Source of the DNA: an uncultured Candidatus Saccharibacteria bacterium
GTDB taxonomy: Bacteria; Patescibacteriota; Dojkabacteria; SC72
Length of the DNA: 64,000 nucleotides
Direction of reading: 5' to 3'
Assembly: GCA_964610125.1 (NCBI GenBank)
Contig: CAZSUV010000001.1
Coordinates: 184,035-248,034, forward strand
Every line of letters begins with the position of its first letter. Position 1 is the stretch's first letter. A model generated the notes under the pieces. It saw nothing but the letters and a program-made list of their open reading frames with translations, was not told the DNA's origin and searched no databases. The position numbers were made by a program, and so were the translations under genes. Below are positions 10,665-20,128 of this stretch, piece by piece.

Positions 10665-12623
10665 ATGAAGAACTTTATACTAAAAAACAAGCTCAGATTG
10701 ATATCCTTTAGCGCAGTATTAGGGTTATTGGCTATATCAGTCTTGATAGGAATACTCGTTCCATCAATTAAGTTCTTTGAGTTAGTGCCGCTCGCAATTC
10801 TTTTGGGATTTGGATTAACTAGTTTCTTAAAGAAGGTATTGCCAATTAGGAATATTTTGTCATTCATTTCTATATCAATATTTCTAGGATTGTTTTTAAA
10901 TACATTTGTGATATTTTTGCTTGGAACCCTTGGATTGAATATTGGCATGCCACTTCTGATCTTCTATATCCCAGTAATGATTATTTTAAATATAGTTCTA
11001 TTCTTTCGCTTTAACACAGAAGAGGAGCTATCTGGATATTTTAAGAATACAAAGTTAGAAGTTATCGATATCATATGGATTGTTATTCTTACAGTTCTGT
11101 TCTTGATGTTTGCAGGTACATGCTTAGAGAGATTCTATTTCCTTTGGGATGGGTTTACATTCTGGGTATTGGACGCGAAGTATATCTTTGAGAATCAACA
11201 TCTTAGAGATGGAAGCTTCATATTGTTAAACAACAACTATATGTCTTTCTTCTCACTACAGATTAACTATGTGTATTTGATATATGGCAAGATTGTTGAG
11301 CAAACCGCAGGTTTACTAAATTTGATGTATGCATATACCGGTATAATGTTGATATTCAGTTATCTCATTGAGATTAAGAAAAGTAATATCAAAAAAATAT
11401 TAATCTATTTAGGAATATTAGCTGCTTTGTATGCGTTCTTCACAGTCCACTATCTATTAATGTCTGTATATTCTGATGTATTTCTTTCGGTTGTTGTACT
11501 TTTCTATGCTTTGATTCTTTTCAACAAAGAATTTAAAGAAAAGTACTATTGGCAGAGATTTTTACTTCTTGTTATTCTATCCGCAACTATATATTTAACA
11601 AAGACGCACTTCTTCATCTTCTCATTATTCCTACTTGGATTCTTGTTTGTATATGATTTCAAATATCTATGGAGTAAGGTAAAAAATATAACTAAGGATT
11701 ATTGGTTTGTATTTGTAATAGTTCTTTTGGCATTGATAGCCTTAGTCGTTTTTGAATATGCTAAATCAATATCGAATGAATCTTCTTTTGTCCAAAGTGT
11801 ATCCAGTGGTTTTGTATTAGATAAGTCTATACTCACAAATATTAAAAGTGTCGTAAAAGGATTGATATTAAATATCCCATTAGTTGTTGCAGTTATTGCT
11901 TTCTATCTTCCTGTCGCATTCCTCGTTAAGAAGGGTTTCAATTGGCAGGATTTTGTAAAAATAGCATTTCTTGGCTTGTTAGTATCATTTACTTTTGTAG
12001 TATATATTCTTGGTATCTACCCAATATCTGATGGGAGCATGTACAGATATCTAGGCTTAGCATATTTAGCTTTGCCATTCTTGTTCATTGATATTCTTCC
12101 AGATTTCAATATTGAGCGTAAGTGGCAAGAAATCCTAACTATTTTAGTTATGCTTGGATGTGTAGGATTAATATTTGTCCAACTATGTTTCCATATTGGT
12201 GTAGATCTTAAATTTACACCTAACTCTGGTGCATATGTTGAATCCGAAGCTCACAAAGAATATGCGGACATTGTTGATGAAGTGAAAGAGATTGTACCTG
12301 AAGATCAAAGTATTATGATTGCATCATATGGTGTTGCTGGACCAACGATAACAGATAACTTTCCTCCTGGATTTTTCTTGAGATACTATTTAATGGAATA
12401 CAATGAAACCGTTGCATATTACTGTGCTCCTGCAGATTGCTTGCCATATTTCCTTACTCAAAAACCAGACTATTTACTCATATATTCCTACAGTGATTTT
12501 TGGCCTGCATGCAGTGGTGTATTGGAAAACAAAAAATCGTATTTAATCAAATTTGATTTTACACAGGAAGAACTGAATAGTGGGAAATGTCTGGCAGATG
12601 AAAATAACACAAGAGTTTTGTAA
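10665..12623 (+). CDS. Polytopic membrane protein, probable GT-C-fold glycosyltransferase
   Basis: More than 12 hydrophobic segments, WDGFTFW in a large loop, soluble C-terminal domain; divergent from the DPM1-like operon. Confidence 0.5.
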   Translation: MKNFILKNKLRLISFSAVLGLLAISVLIGILVPSIKFFELVPLAILLGFGLTSFLKKVLPIRNILSFISISIFLGLFLNTFVIFLLGTLGLNIGMPLLIFYIPVMIILNIVLFFRFNTEEELSGYFKNTKLEVIDIIWIVILTVLFLMFAGTCLERFYFLWDGFTFWVLDAKYIFENQHLRDGSFILLNNNYMSFFSLQINYVYLIYGKIVEQTAGLLNLMYAYTGIMLIFSYLIEIKKSNIKKILIYLGILAALYAFFTVHYLLMSVYSDVFLSVVVLFYALILFNKEFKEKYYWQRFLLLVILSATIYLTKTHFFIFSLFLLGFLFVYDFKYLWSKVKNITKDYWFVFVIVLLALIALVVFEYAKSISNESSFVQSVSSGFVLDKSILTNIKSVVKGLILNIPLVVAVIAFYLPVAFLVKKGFNWQDFVKIAFLGLLVSFTFVVYILGIYPISDGSMYRYLGLAYLALPFLFIDILPDFNIERKWQEILTILVMLGCVGLIFVQLCFHIGVDLKFTPNSGAYVESEAHKEYADIVDEVKEIVPEDQSIMIASYGVAGPTITDNFPPGFFLRYYLMEYNETVAYYCAPADCLPYFLTQKPDYLLIYSYSDFWPACSGVLENKKSYLIKFDFTQEELNSGKCLADENNTRVL

Positions 12624-12626
12624 TTT

Positions 12627-13496
12627 CTAAATCCTAATCCAATCTTCTGGAATAATCCCCTTGTTTATCCCATCTCCATCTCTTAACCATCTCTTTGGTG
12701 CAATTACCATCTTTCCTTCATTTTGATTTAACCATGCTCCCCACCACGAAAAACTGCTATTCGCTATTATATTGTGTCTACATTTACTCATTAGAGACAT
12801 CTCCTGAGCTCCAATCAATTCTGGAGAAGAAACATAGATAACTTTGTAGTCATTTAGGAATGGCATATTTTCTTTAACCCAATCAATATCATCAGAGAAC
12901 ACATATAGGTTAATTTCATCTAGTCGATCGCTTAAGAATTTACAAGCATCTTCGTAATATGAATTATTTAATACCCCATGATGTTTGTTTGCACCAGGGT
13001 TAGTAATGTAGTCTCCTCTTCTAATATGCACTGATACTGAATCCTCATCTCTTGATATCTCGTTAGCAATCCTTAAGAAATCTTTCGTCTCATATTCATT
13101 CTTGAGCTGAAACTCAGAAATAATCTGAGATGAGTATTTCTCAAAGTATTCTTGTTTTTGGAAATAGCCATCAAGATATATATTCTCTCCAAGATGTAAT
13201 GGATATTTAAGATAGTTTCTCCCAACTAAAAATGCATTTAATATATTCACAACATTTGAAATTACGGGAATGGGATATTTGACTAGATGTAAATCTCCCT
13301 GAGAGGCAATCTCATAATGGGTATTTAATCTGTCTAACAGGAATGGTCGTGGAGTCTCATTTGCAAAGCTATCTTGGTTATCAAAATGAGTAAGATCTAC
13401 TTTGTGTTTTGTATTTTTTTCTAACGAGAGAGCCAGTCCTGCTGCATATTGGAACATCTGGTTTCCAAGTCCACCTTTTAAATCTGTAATAATCAT
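12627..13496 (-). CDS. GT11 alpha-1,2-fucosyltransferase-like protein
   Basis: GGLGNQMFQYA, GYFQ, HIRRGDY and NSSFSWWGAWL motifs. Confidence 0.92.
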   Translation of the reverse strand: MIITDLKGGLGNQMFQYAAGLALSLEKNTKHKVDLTHFDNQDSFANETPRPFLLDRLNTHYEIASQGDLHLVKYPIPVISNVVNILNAFLVGRNYLKYPLHLGENIYLDGYFQKQEYFEKYSSQIISEFQLKNEYETKDFLRIANEISRDEDSVSVHIRRGDYITNPGANKHHGVLNNSYYEDACKFLSDRLDEINLYVFSDDIDWVKENMPFLNDYKVIYVSSPELIGAQEMSLMSKCRHNIIANSSFSWWGAWLNQNEGKMVIAPKRWLRDGDGINKGIIPEDWIRI

Positions 13497-13564
13497 TTTT
13501 CAATTGTATATGATATCCAGATTAAAAAGAAGAATAATCCATGTACATCTGGTAATATATACAT

Positions 13565-14758
13565 ATGCACATCATTATCGATGGAACTACAACCCAAGAC
13601 CAATTAGCATATGCAGGTATAGGGCAATATACCAAATCAATCATATTTGCATTAGTAAAAGCATTCCCCAATACTCAATACACCATACTTTTGTTTGATG
13701 AAAAGGTATCAACCCTGGAACCAGTAATTGAGGTATACAAAAATGTAACAATAGAGAGAATAGGGAAGTACAGACTGAACGATTACAAAAACGATATTGT
13801 TTACTTCACACAAATACTCCCAACAATTAACAGAGTAAAACAAAAAGATAGCATATATTACTGTCCTTACTTCTGGAGAAACTATCCATCATACTCAATG
13901 CCAACAGTACTCTTTGTACACGATATGAACCTCCCAATGTTCAATATGTACTCTCAACAAAGTAAGCTACACAACTTCATTAGAAAAATTCAATACTGGC
14001 TTACATTAAACAAATCAATGAAATGTGAATATATTGTTACTAACTCCCAAACCTCTCTAGATGATTTCCTCAAATACTACACTAAATATCCAAAGGAAAG
14101 GACATGCGTCTCATATCTAGGTGCAGATATGGAAGAGAAAGAAGTAGATATTTCTAATGTATTACCAAAAGATTACAAAGAAAAGAAATATGTAATATAT
14201 CTTGGCGGAGCACTCAACTGGACTAAGAACACAGATGGAGTCATAAAAGGATATGCAGAATTCTTGAAGCTATTAGATCCAAAACAAAAACAACCATATT
14301 TAGTAATCTCAGGAAAAATATTTAAGGATGAAAGTAAGAAAGAAGTACAAGAATTCCAGAGACTCATATCTGAGTTAGGAATTCAGGATAAGGTAATTTT
14401 TACAGGATTTTACAAAGATGAAGAAAAGTATTCCTTACTTAAAAATGCCTTTGCCTTTATGCATCTTGCACTCTATGAGGGCTTTGGAATATCTCCATTA
14501 GAAGCTATACGTGCTAAAACTCCAACAGTAATTCATGAGAGTAATGTATACAAAGAGGTATTTAAAGATATGGCAATATTTGTAAATGGAAAAGATCAAA
14601 AAGAAGTCGGAAAAACTCTTTACGACATATATACCAATCCAAGTAAGTACAAAGAAAGAGTTGAGAAAGCATATATTCTGTCTAAGAAGTACTCATGGGA
14701 GGAGACTGCCAAGAAAACACATAACGTATTTGAAATATTAAACAAAGAAAATGATTAA
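13565..14758 (+). CDS. GT4 glycosyltransferase
   Basis: GIGQY, VHD and YEGFGISPLEA motifs. Confidence 0.88.
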   Translation: MHIIIDGTTTQDQLAYAGIGQYTKSIIFALVKAFPNTQYTILLFDEKVSTLEPVIEVYKNVTIERIGKYRLNDYKNDIVYFTQILPTINRVKQKDSIYYCPYFWRNYPSYSMPTVLFVHDMNLPMFNMYSQQSKLHNFIRKIQYWLTLNKSMKCEYIVTNSQTSLDDFLKYYTKYPKERTCVSYLGADMEEKEVDISNVLPKDYKEKKYVIYLGGALNWTKNTDGVIKGYAEFLKLLDPKQKQPYLVISGKIFKDESKKEVQEFQRLISELGIQDKVIFTGFYKDEEKYSLLKNAFAFMHLALYEGFGISPLEAIRAKTPTVIHESNVYKEVFKDMAIFVNGKDQKEVGKTLYDIYTNPSKYKERVEKAYILSKKYSWEETAKKTHNVFEILNKEND

Positions 14759-15233
14759 TATATTACTTTACATACTACTAGGAATCATTGCTTTGGCTGG
14801 CCTTGTCCTAACCGTTATAAACCTTCCAGGTATCTGGCTCATCTTTGGTGCTACACTCGTAGCAGGAATAATGGATAAGTTCCAAAACCTAACACCACTC
14901 ATATTACTTATTCTCTTCTTCCTTTGCTTAGCTTCAACCTTTGCAGACAATATTGCTGCAGCATTAGGAGCAAAGAAATTCGGAGGAACAGGATGGGGAA
15001 TGGCAGGAGCAGTAATTGGAGGAATAGCCGGAATGTTCATTGGTGGTATATGGGGAATATTCTTAGGCCCACTTGTGGGAGCAGTGCTTTTTGAAATGCT
15101 TTTTGCTAAGAAAGATATGGCAACAAGCCTAAAAGCAGGTTGGGGAATGTTCATAGGAATACTGATAAGTATGATATTAAAACTAGGATTGAGTGTAGGC
15201 ATAATAATATTCACTATAACAAGGATAACTTAA
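14751..15233 (+). CDS. DUF456-family membrane protein
   Basis: LPG, GAKKFGGTGWG and GPLVGAVLFE pattern. Confidence 0.8.
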   Translation: MINILLYILLGIIALAGLVLTVINLPGIWLIFGATLVAGIMDKFQNLTPLILLILFFLCLASTFADNIAAALGAKKFGGTGWGMAGAVIGGIAGMFIGGIWGIFLGPLVGAVLFEMLFAKKDMATSLKAGWGMFIGILISMILKLGLSVGIIIFTITRIT

Positions 15234-15297
15234 TCCTTTTGAACTTCATCTCACATTGTGATAGATTAGGAACATTGTAATTTGAAATCCCATAAAT

Positions 15298-15969
15298 ATG
15301 ATAAAACTTCATAATATTAAAAAGAGCTATTTTCTCGGCAAAACCGAAATACCAGTATTAAGAGATATAGATTTAGAAATCCAAGATGGTGAATTTGTTG
15401 CCCTTATGGGCCCTTCTGGATCAGGCAAATCAACTCTCTTAGCCATACTCTCGTGTATAGATACACCAACATCAGGAGAATTTATGTTAGATAACAGAGA
15501 TATTGCAGGAGTAAGTGAAAACAATCTTGCAGATATTAGAAATAGAGAAATAGGAGTGGTATTTCAGGCATTCAACCTAATACCAAGTCTAAATGCATTA
15601 CAAAATGTAGAAGCACCCCTATTCGCATCATCAGTAAAAATCTCCAGAAAAGAAATTCGAGAAAGAGCTTTGGAAATGTTAGAAAAAGTCGGACTCTCAG
15701 ACAGAGCAAAGCACAGACCAGAAGAAATGTCCGGTGGTCAGCAACAGAGAGTAGCTATAGCTAGAGCATTAATTACAAATCCAAGACTATTAATTGCAGA
15801 CGAGCCAACAGGTAATCTTGATTCAACAACAGGTGAAAAGGTTTTGGATCTTTTCATAAAGTTACATAAGGAATTAGGTATAACCTTGATAATAGCGACA
15901 CATGACAAAAGCATTGCTTCAAAGGCAGATAGAACAATTAATATTGTTGACGGAAAAGTAGTATGTTAG
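15298..15969 (+). CDS. ABC transporter ATP-binding protein (LolD/MacB type)
   Basis: GPSGSGKS, MSGGQQQRVAIARAL and ADEPTGNLD motifs. Confidence 0.95.
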   Translation: MIKLHNIKKSYFLGKTEIPVLRDIDLEIQDGEFVALMGPSGSGKSTLLAILSCIDTPTSGEFMLDNRDIAGVSENNLADIRNREIGVVFQAFNLIPSLNALQNVEAPLFASSVKISRKEIRERALEMLEKVGLSDRAKHRPEEMSGGQQQRVAIARALITNPRLLIADEPTGNLDSTTGEKVLDLFIKLHKELGITLIIATHDKSIASKADRTINIVDGKVVC

Positions 15970-18437
15970 ATTTTGCATTCCACAAAATTATATCTTCCCT
16001 AAAATCATTGGGAATTACAGCAGTAATAATATCGTTAGCAGTATTCTTTTCTGCATTCTCATCAATGGCATTACTTACAATGTCGGATCAATTCTTGGGT
16101 GTTACAGTTAAAGATCCAGAGATAAGTTTTGGAGGAGATGTGACAGTAAATGCGGATAAAATTACCCTGGGAAAGTTAGAACTTGAACTACAAGATTTAA
16201 AAACTTCGGGAAAGATTACGCAGATGACTCAAAGAGGTCGAATATATGGAATCTCAGTACAAAGTAGCAAAGTTAAGGAATTGATGATGATGAACCTAGT
16301 AGGAATAAATGATAGTACATATCCATTGTACGGATATGTAAATGTAGAGGGTGGATTGTATAACAGTGTTAAAGAATTAAATACAATCTCAATATCTGAG
16401 GATTTAGCAACTAAACTAGAGGTTAATGTTGGGGATACCATACAGGTCTTACCTTCAAATATCTTTGAATCAAAATCTCTTAAAGTTGCAAGCATAATTG
16501 AGGATACAAATATTGGTGCAGGACAAGCATACGTCAATATGGATACCATGGATATGTTTGGATATTCAAGCAAAAGCCTATTAATTCGAGGAGAGGAGAA
16601 AGCAATCGAGGAAAAGCTTAATAGTTTCTTTACACCAGAAGATTCCGCTGGTATGTACCAGAGTCTTACAGGGTATATTGATAGCCAAAAGAAGAGCTCA
16701 CTCGCATATACACTAGTATTTAGAGGCTTGAGTATTCTCGGAATTTTCATAGGTAGTATGGGTATAGCGTCTTCTATGCAGGTAATCATATCGAGAAGAA
16801 AACGAGAAATTGGAATAATGAAAGCAATTGGGTATACAGAGAAAAATATAACTCTACTTTACCTTCTTGAACTTTTAGTTCTAGCATTGCCGGGTATACT
16901 TTTAGGCATTGTAGGTGGTTACTTCCTTTCAAGATATATATTGAATCTGTTTACTACTGTTGGCATTAATATTGCATTTGAAACTGCATTGAACTGGAAG
17001 GTTGCAGGGATTACATTCTTAGCTTCATTAGGATCTGCTTTAATATTTGGCTTCTATTCAATTTCTAAATTCGCATCCTTCAGTATTGTTGATGCATTGA
17101 GAGAAAATTCTAATGGTAAAGGAAAGGGTAAGTGGAAGAACTTTTTGTTAATAGCTATCATAGCAATATTGTTTGCAGGTATTAGTGTATTAATAACTGG
17201 GGACTGGAAATATGGATTAATAGCCGTTGGAGTTGCAGGTGCTGGAACTTTGATATTTAGTTTAATATTCCAATTCATATTCTGGTTAATTCTTCGATTA
17301 CCACTTAATACTGGAAATACATTTGAAATGGCATGGATTAACTTAAGGAATAGCTACAAGAAAAATATCTTAGCTGTGATGGCTATATTTATTGGTATAA
17401 CTGCAATTGGATTCATAATCTGTTTGATTAAAACAAGTAAAGAGGAAATGTCTTCTCAAACAATTGATCTAAAAAGTACTGTAAATGTTGTTTCTGTACG
17501 TGACTATGACTCCAATACTCAGTTGGTGGATGTGTTGAAAAACAACAGTTTAAATTATGAAATTGAGTATGTTAAGGTGCTCAGTATGGAGGAACCGCCA
17601 TATTTTTACAATGCATCTGGGAGAGATATTAGTGATAAATATTTAGATATAAATATTACTGAAGGGAGTTTAAAGGAAGGTAAATATGCAGTTATCCCTG
17701 ATAGCCTTAAGGAAGGTGGTATATATGCGATTGGTCAAATGATTTCAATTACTAATGTCGGAGATTTCGAAATTAGTGGTTACTACACTTCTAAGACACA
17801 ACAATCGAGTACTGAAGGTGGAATGAGCTATTCAATAATCCCTGATATGCCTGCTGTGATTGTTACGAAAACAACATTTATGCAATATTTTAAAGCAAAT
17901 GTAAAAGAGGTTGCACTAGTAGTGACAGATTCGAATACCGAAGAGAAGGCCGTTAACGTATTGAATGGTATCGATGGAAATGTTGTTCTAAGTACCAAAG
18001 CAACTGAGGATTACATGAATTCTATGTTTGATATGATTACTAAGATGGTATTTTCTGTCGCAGGATTAGCATTACTTGCGGGGGGTATCCTTCTACTTAA
18101 TTCTACATCATTGGAAATTATATCCAGAAAACGATCATTTGGATTACTAAAAGTTGTCGGCTTTATGAACAGACAAGTTAAAGCAATGCTCTTCTTAGAA
18201 TATGGATTGATATTCATAATAACCTTTGCAATATCTTACCTTACCGTATGGGGTGGGGTAACGATATTAAGTAAATACAGTGAACAAATATTTGGTTACA
18301 AATATACTATCTTGTTTGCTGGATCTGATGTTTTGTACCTTATGCTAGGTTTTGGAGTACTGATATTTGTATTAATATGGTCTGTAGCTATTAAATACCT
18401 AAATACGAGACCAGTTGAAGTCTTAAGATACGAATAG
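15963..18437 (+). CDS. FtsX-like ABC permease with two MacB-type halves
   Basis: RRKREIGIMKAIG and RKRSFGLLKVVG motifs; ends PVEVLRYE. Confidence 0.88.
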   Translation: MLDFAFHKIISSLKSLGITAVIISLAVFFSAFSSMALLTMSDQFLGVTVKDPEISFGGDVTVNADKITLGKLELELQDLKTSGKITQMTQRGRIYGISVQSSKVKELMMMNLVGINDSTYPLYGYVNVEGGLYNSVKELNTISISEDLATKLEVNVGDTIQVLPSNIFESKSLKVASIIEDTNIGAGQAYVNMDTMDMFGYSSKSLLIRGEEKAIEEKLNSFFTPEDSAGMYQSLTGYIDSQKKSSLAYTLVFRGLSILGIFIGSMGIASSMQVIISRRKREIGIMKAIGYTEKNITLLYLLELLVLALPGILLGIVGGYFLSRYILNLFTTVGINIAFETALNWKVAGITFLASLGSALIFGFYSISKFASFSIVDALRENSNGKGKGKWKNFLLIAIIAILFAGISVLITGDWKYGLIAVGVAGAGTLIFSLIFQFIFWLILRLPLNTGNTFEMAWINLRNSYKKNILAVMAIFIGITAIGFIICLIKTSKEEMSSQTIDLKSTVNVVSVRDYDSNTQLVDVLKNNSLNYEIEYVKVLSMEEPPYFYNASGRDISDKYLDINITEGSLKEGKYAVIPDSLKEGGIYAIGQMISITNVGDFEISGYYTSKTQQSSTEGGMSYSIIPDMPAVIVTKTTFMQYFKANVKEVALVVTDSNTEEKAVNVLNGIDGNVVLSTKATEDYMNSMFDMITKMVFSVAGLALLAGGILLLNSTSLEIISRKRSFGLLKVVGFMNRQVKAMLFLEYGLIFIITFAISYLTVWGGVTILSKYSEQIFGYKYTILFAGSDVLYLMLGFGVLIFVLIWSVAIKYLNTRPVEVLRYE

Positions 18438-19002
18438 AGTATTTAAATAGCTCTCTTGTGTCATAATTCAGAGATACATTTCCGAGAACATCTGTTTGAA
18501 CATATAGTGTCATATTTTCAAGATTGCTAGAATATATATTCTTTGGTTCATCAATCTCTTTCATATCTCCACTTTCTATGGATATCTCGTAGTAGTGTTG
18601 TTCTAGAAAATCCATTGCTGTCATCGCAATTATCTTGTCTCCTTTTAGTAATATCGGTCGTATAGTTGGAAAAAATCTTAATTCTTTCCCATCAATCGTA
18701 AATATCGTTGAAAACTCTTCCTTAGAATTGATTAAAAAATGCTCAATTCCACATAACACAATACCTTTGTTTCTATCCAATCCTACAAATTCATTTGGTT
18801 TCCTTGTACCAATATTCTCTAACGTTTTCTCAGCAATATCGTATTCAAATATATCTGCATCTTTTACAAAAATTACATGATCCATATCTTTCCAGATAAC
18901 CTGTTGGGGATTAACAATATTGGGTATCAACCCTCTGTGAGGTTGCCCAGAAATCAATTCAAAAGCCATACCAATTACTATGAGGAACTTGTCCATAAGC
19001 AT
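18391..19002 (-). CDS. Hypothetical, probably exported protein
   Basis: 203-aa ORF with hydrophobic N-terminus, 11 bp downstream of the M23 gene on the same strand. Confidence 0.55.
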   Translation of the reverse strand: MLMDKFLIVIGMAFELISGQPHRGLIPNIVNPQQVIWKDMDHVIFVKDADIFEYDIAEKTLENIGTRKPNEFVGLDRNKGIVLCGIEHFLINSKEEFSTIFTIDGKELRFFPTIRPILLKGDKIIAMTAMDFLEQHYYEISIESGDMKEIDEPKNIYSSNLENMTLYVQTDVLGNVSLNYDTRELFKYSIRILRLQLVSYLGI

Positions 19003-19013
19003 ATAGTTTTAAA

Positions 19014-20060
19014 TTAAAATGTAGGATGTGGATTGTCTCCACTCAATCTCCCGGGATTAGACTTTGCATTCAAAGTAAGTACCTTACTCCAATCAGCAGC
19101 AATGTAATCCACAGGATTAACATGAGTACTCTGACTTCTTCCTAACCTTGTTTCAAAATGAAGATGATATGCCAAAGGTTGGCAATTCCAACTACCCGTA
19201 TTCCCAGATATCCCAAGGACATCACCTTTCTTGACCTTTTCCCCCACATCAATATATGTAGATTGAAGATGGAAGTAAGATGAATACATACCATTAGTAT
19301 GTTTAACCAAAAGATAGTTGCCACCAGACAAACATTCCCCATTGTAGCTATCCCATCCTTTGCCAATAATTTCACCATCACCAATAGCTAAGATTTCTTT
19401 CTGTGTAGCTCCAAAATCAATTCCCGTATGTGGCTTCTGAAACGCAGTATTTCCATGCCATTGTGTAACACCAATATATTCCTTGAAAGGAAATGAAAAT
19501 GGTTTTGAAAGCCCAGAAGTATTAACATTCCAAACCATGGGATCAGTAATATTTTCCTTAATAACTGTAGGAACACTTGTCTTCACCACAGGATTTAACT
19601 TTGTCGATGTTGTAGCTTTAACTTGTGTTTTTTGTACAACTGGAGTTGGAGTAGAGGTTACAGTGGAAGGAGTAGATTCAGAAATCGTAAAGGAATATAT
19701 AACGGTTGAAAGCACATGCTCACAAGGATTCTCCTCCTTTGGACAATATTTAACCCACCATAAAATATTGTTTCCAAATTCCTTGGGAACAGAATACATA
19801 AAACCTGTTCCATTGGTATTTGGGATTGAAATACTCACTCTAGGAAAATAATTCTGAGTAGAATCAATCACATTTCCAACATCTAACATATATGTGTACT
19901 CTTCATTTGGACTAGTATTCTTCCATTGGAAATTGATAACCCGTGTATCAACAGTAGAATTGTTTTGGGGAAAGATTCCACTTACTTCCGCCCAACACAT
20001 GGTTGGTAAAGTGAAAAAGCATATCAATGTAAATATGAGTATGGTAATATATCTCTTCAT
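19014..20060 (-). CDS. Secreted M23-family metallopeptidase
   Basis: Signal peptide from ATG 20060 (MKRYITILIF), Thr/Pro linker, HTGID, YFHL and HLHFE motifs. Confidence 0.9.
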   Translation of the reverse strand: MKRYITILIFTLICFFTLPTMCWAEVSGIFPQNNSTVDTRVINFQWKNTSPNEEYTYMLDVGNVIDSTQNYFPRVSISIPNTNGTGFMYSVPKEFGNNILWWVKYCPKEENPCEHVLSTVIYSFTISESTPSTVTSTPTPVVQKTQVKATTSTKLNPVVKTSVPTVIKENITDPMVWNVNTSGLSKPFSFPFKEYIGVTQWHGNTAFQKPHTGIDFGATQKEILAIGDGEIIGKGWDSYNGECLSGGNYLLVKHTNGMYSSYFHLQSTYIDVGEKVKKGDVLGISGNTGSWNCQPLAYHLHFETRLGRSQSTHVNPVDYIAADWSKVLTLNAKSNPGRLSGDNPHPTF

Positions 20061-20113
20061 ACCCCAAATATACATAACAGAAATGAAATATTTCTGAAAA
20101 ATACAATACTTAA

Positions 20114-20122
20114 TGATATAAT
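20114..20122 (+). promoter_or_regulatory. Extended -10 element for secA (leaderless)
   Basis: TG-A-TATAAT ending 6 nt before the ATG at 20129. Confidence 0.6.
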
Positions 20123-20128
20123 CAGAAC

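Noticed and set aside
15251-15261. TCACA-T-TGTGA palindrome upstream of the first ABC operon as an operator
   Set aside because: Short, single occurrence and no cognate regulator nearby.
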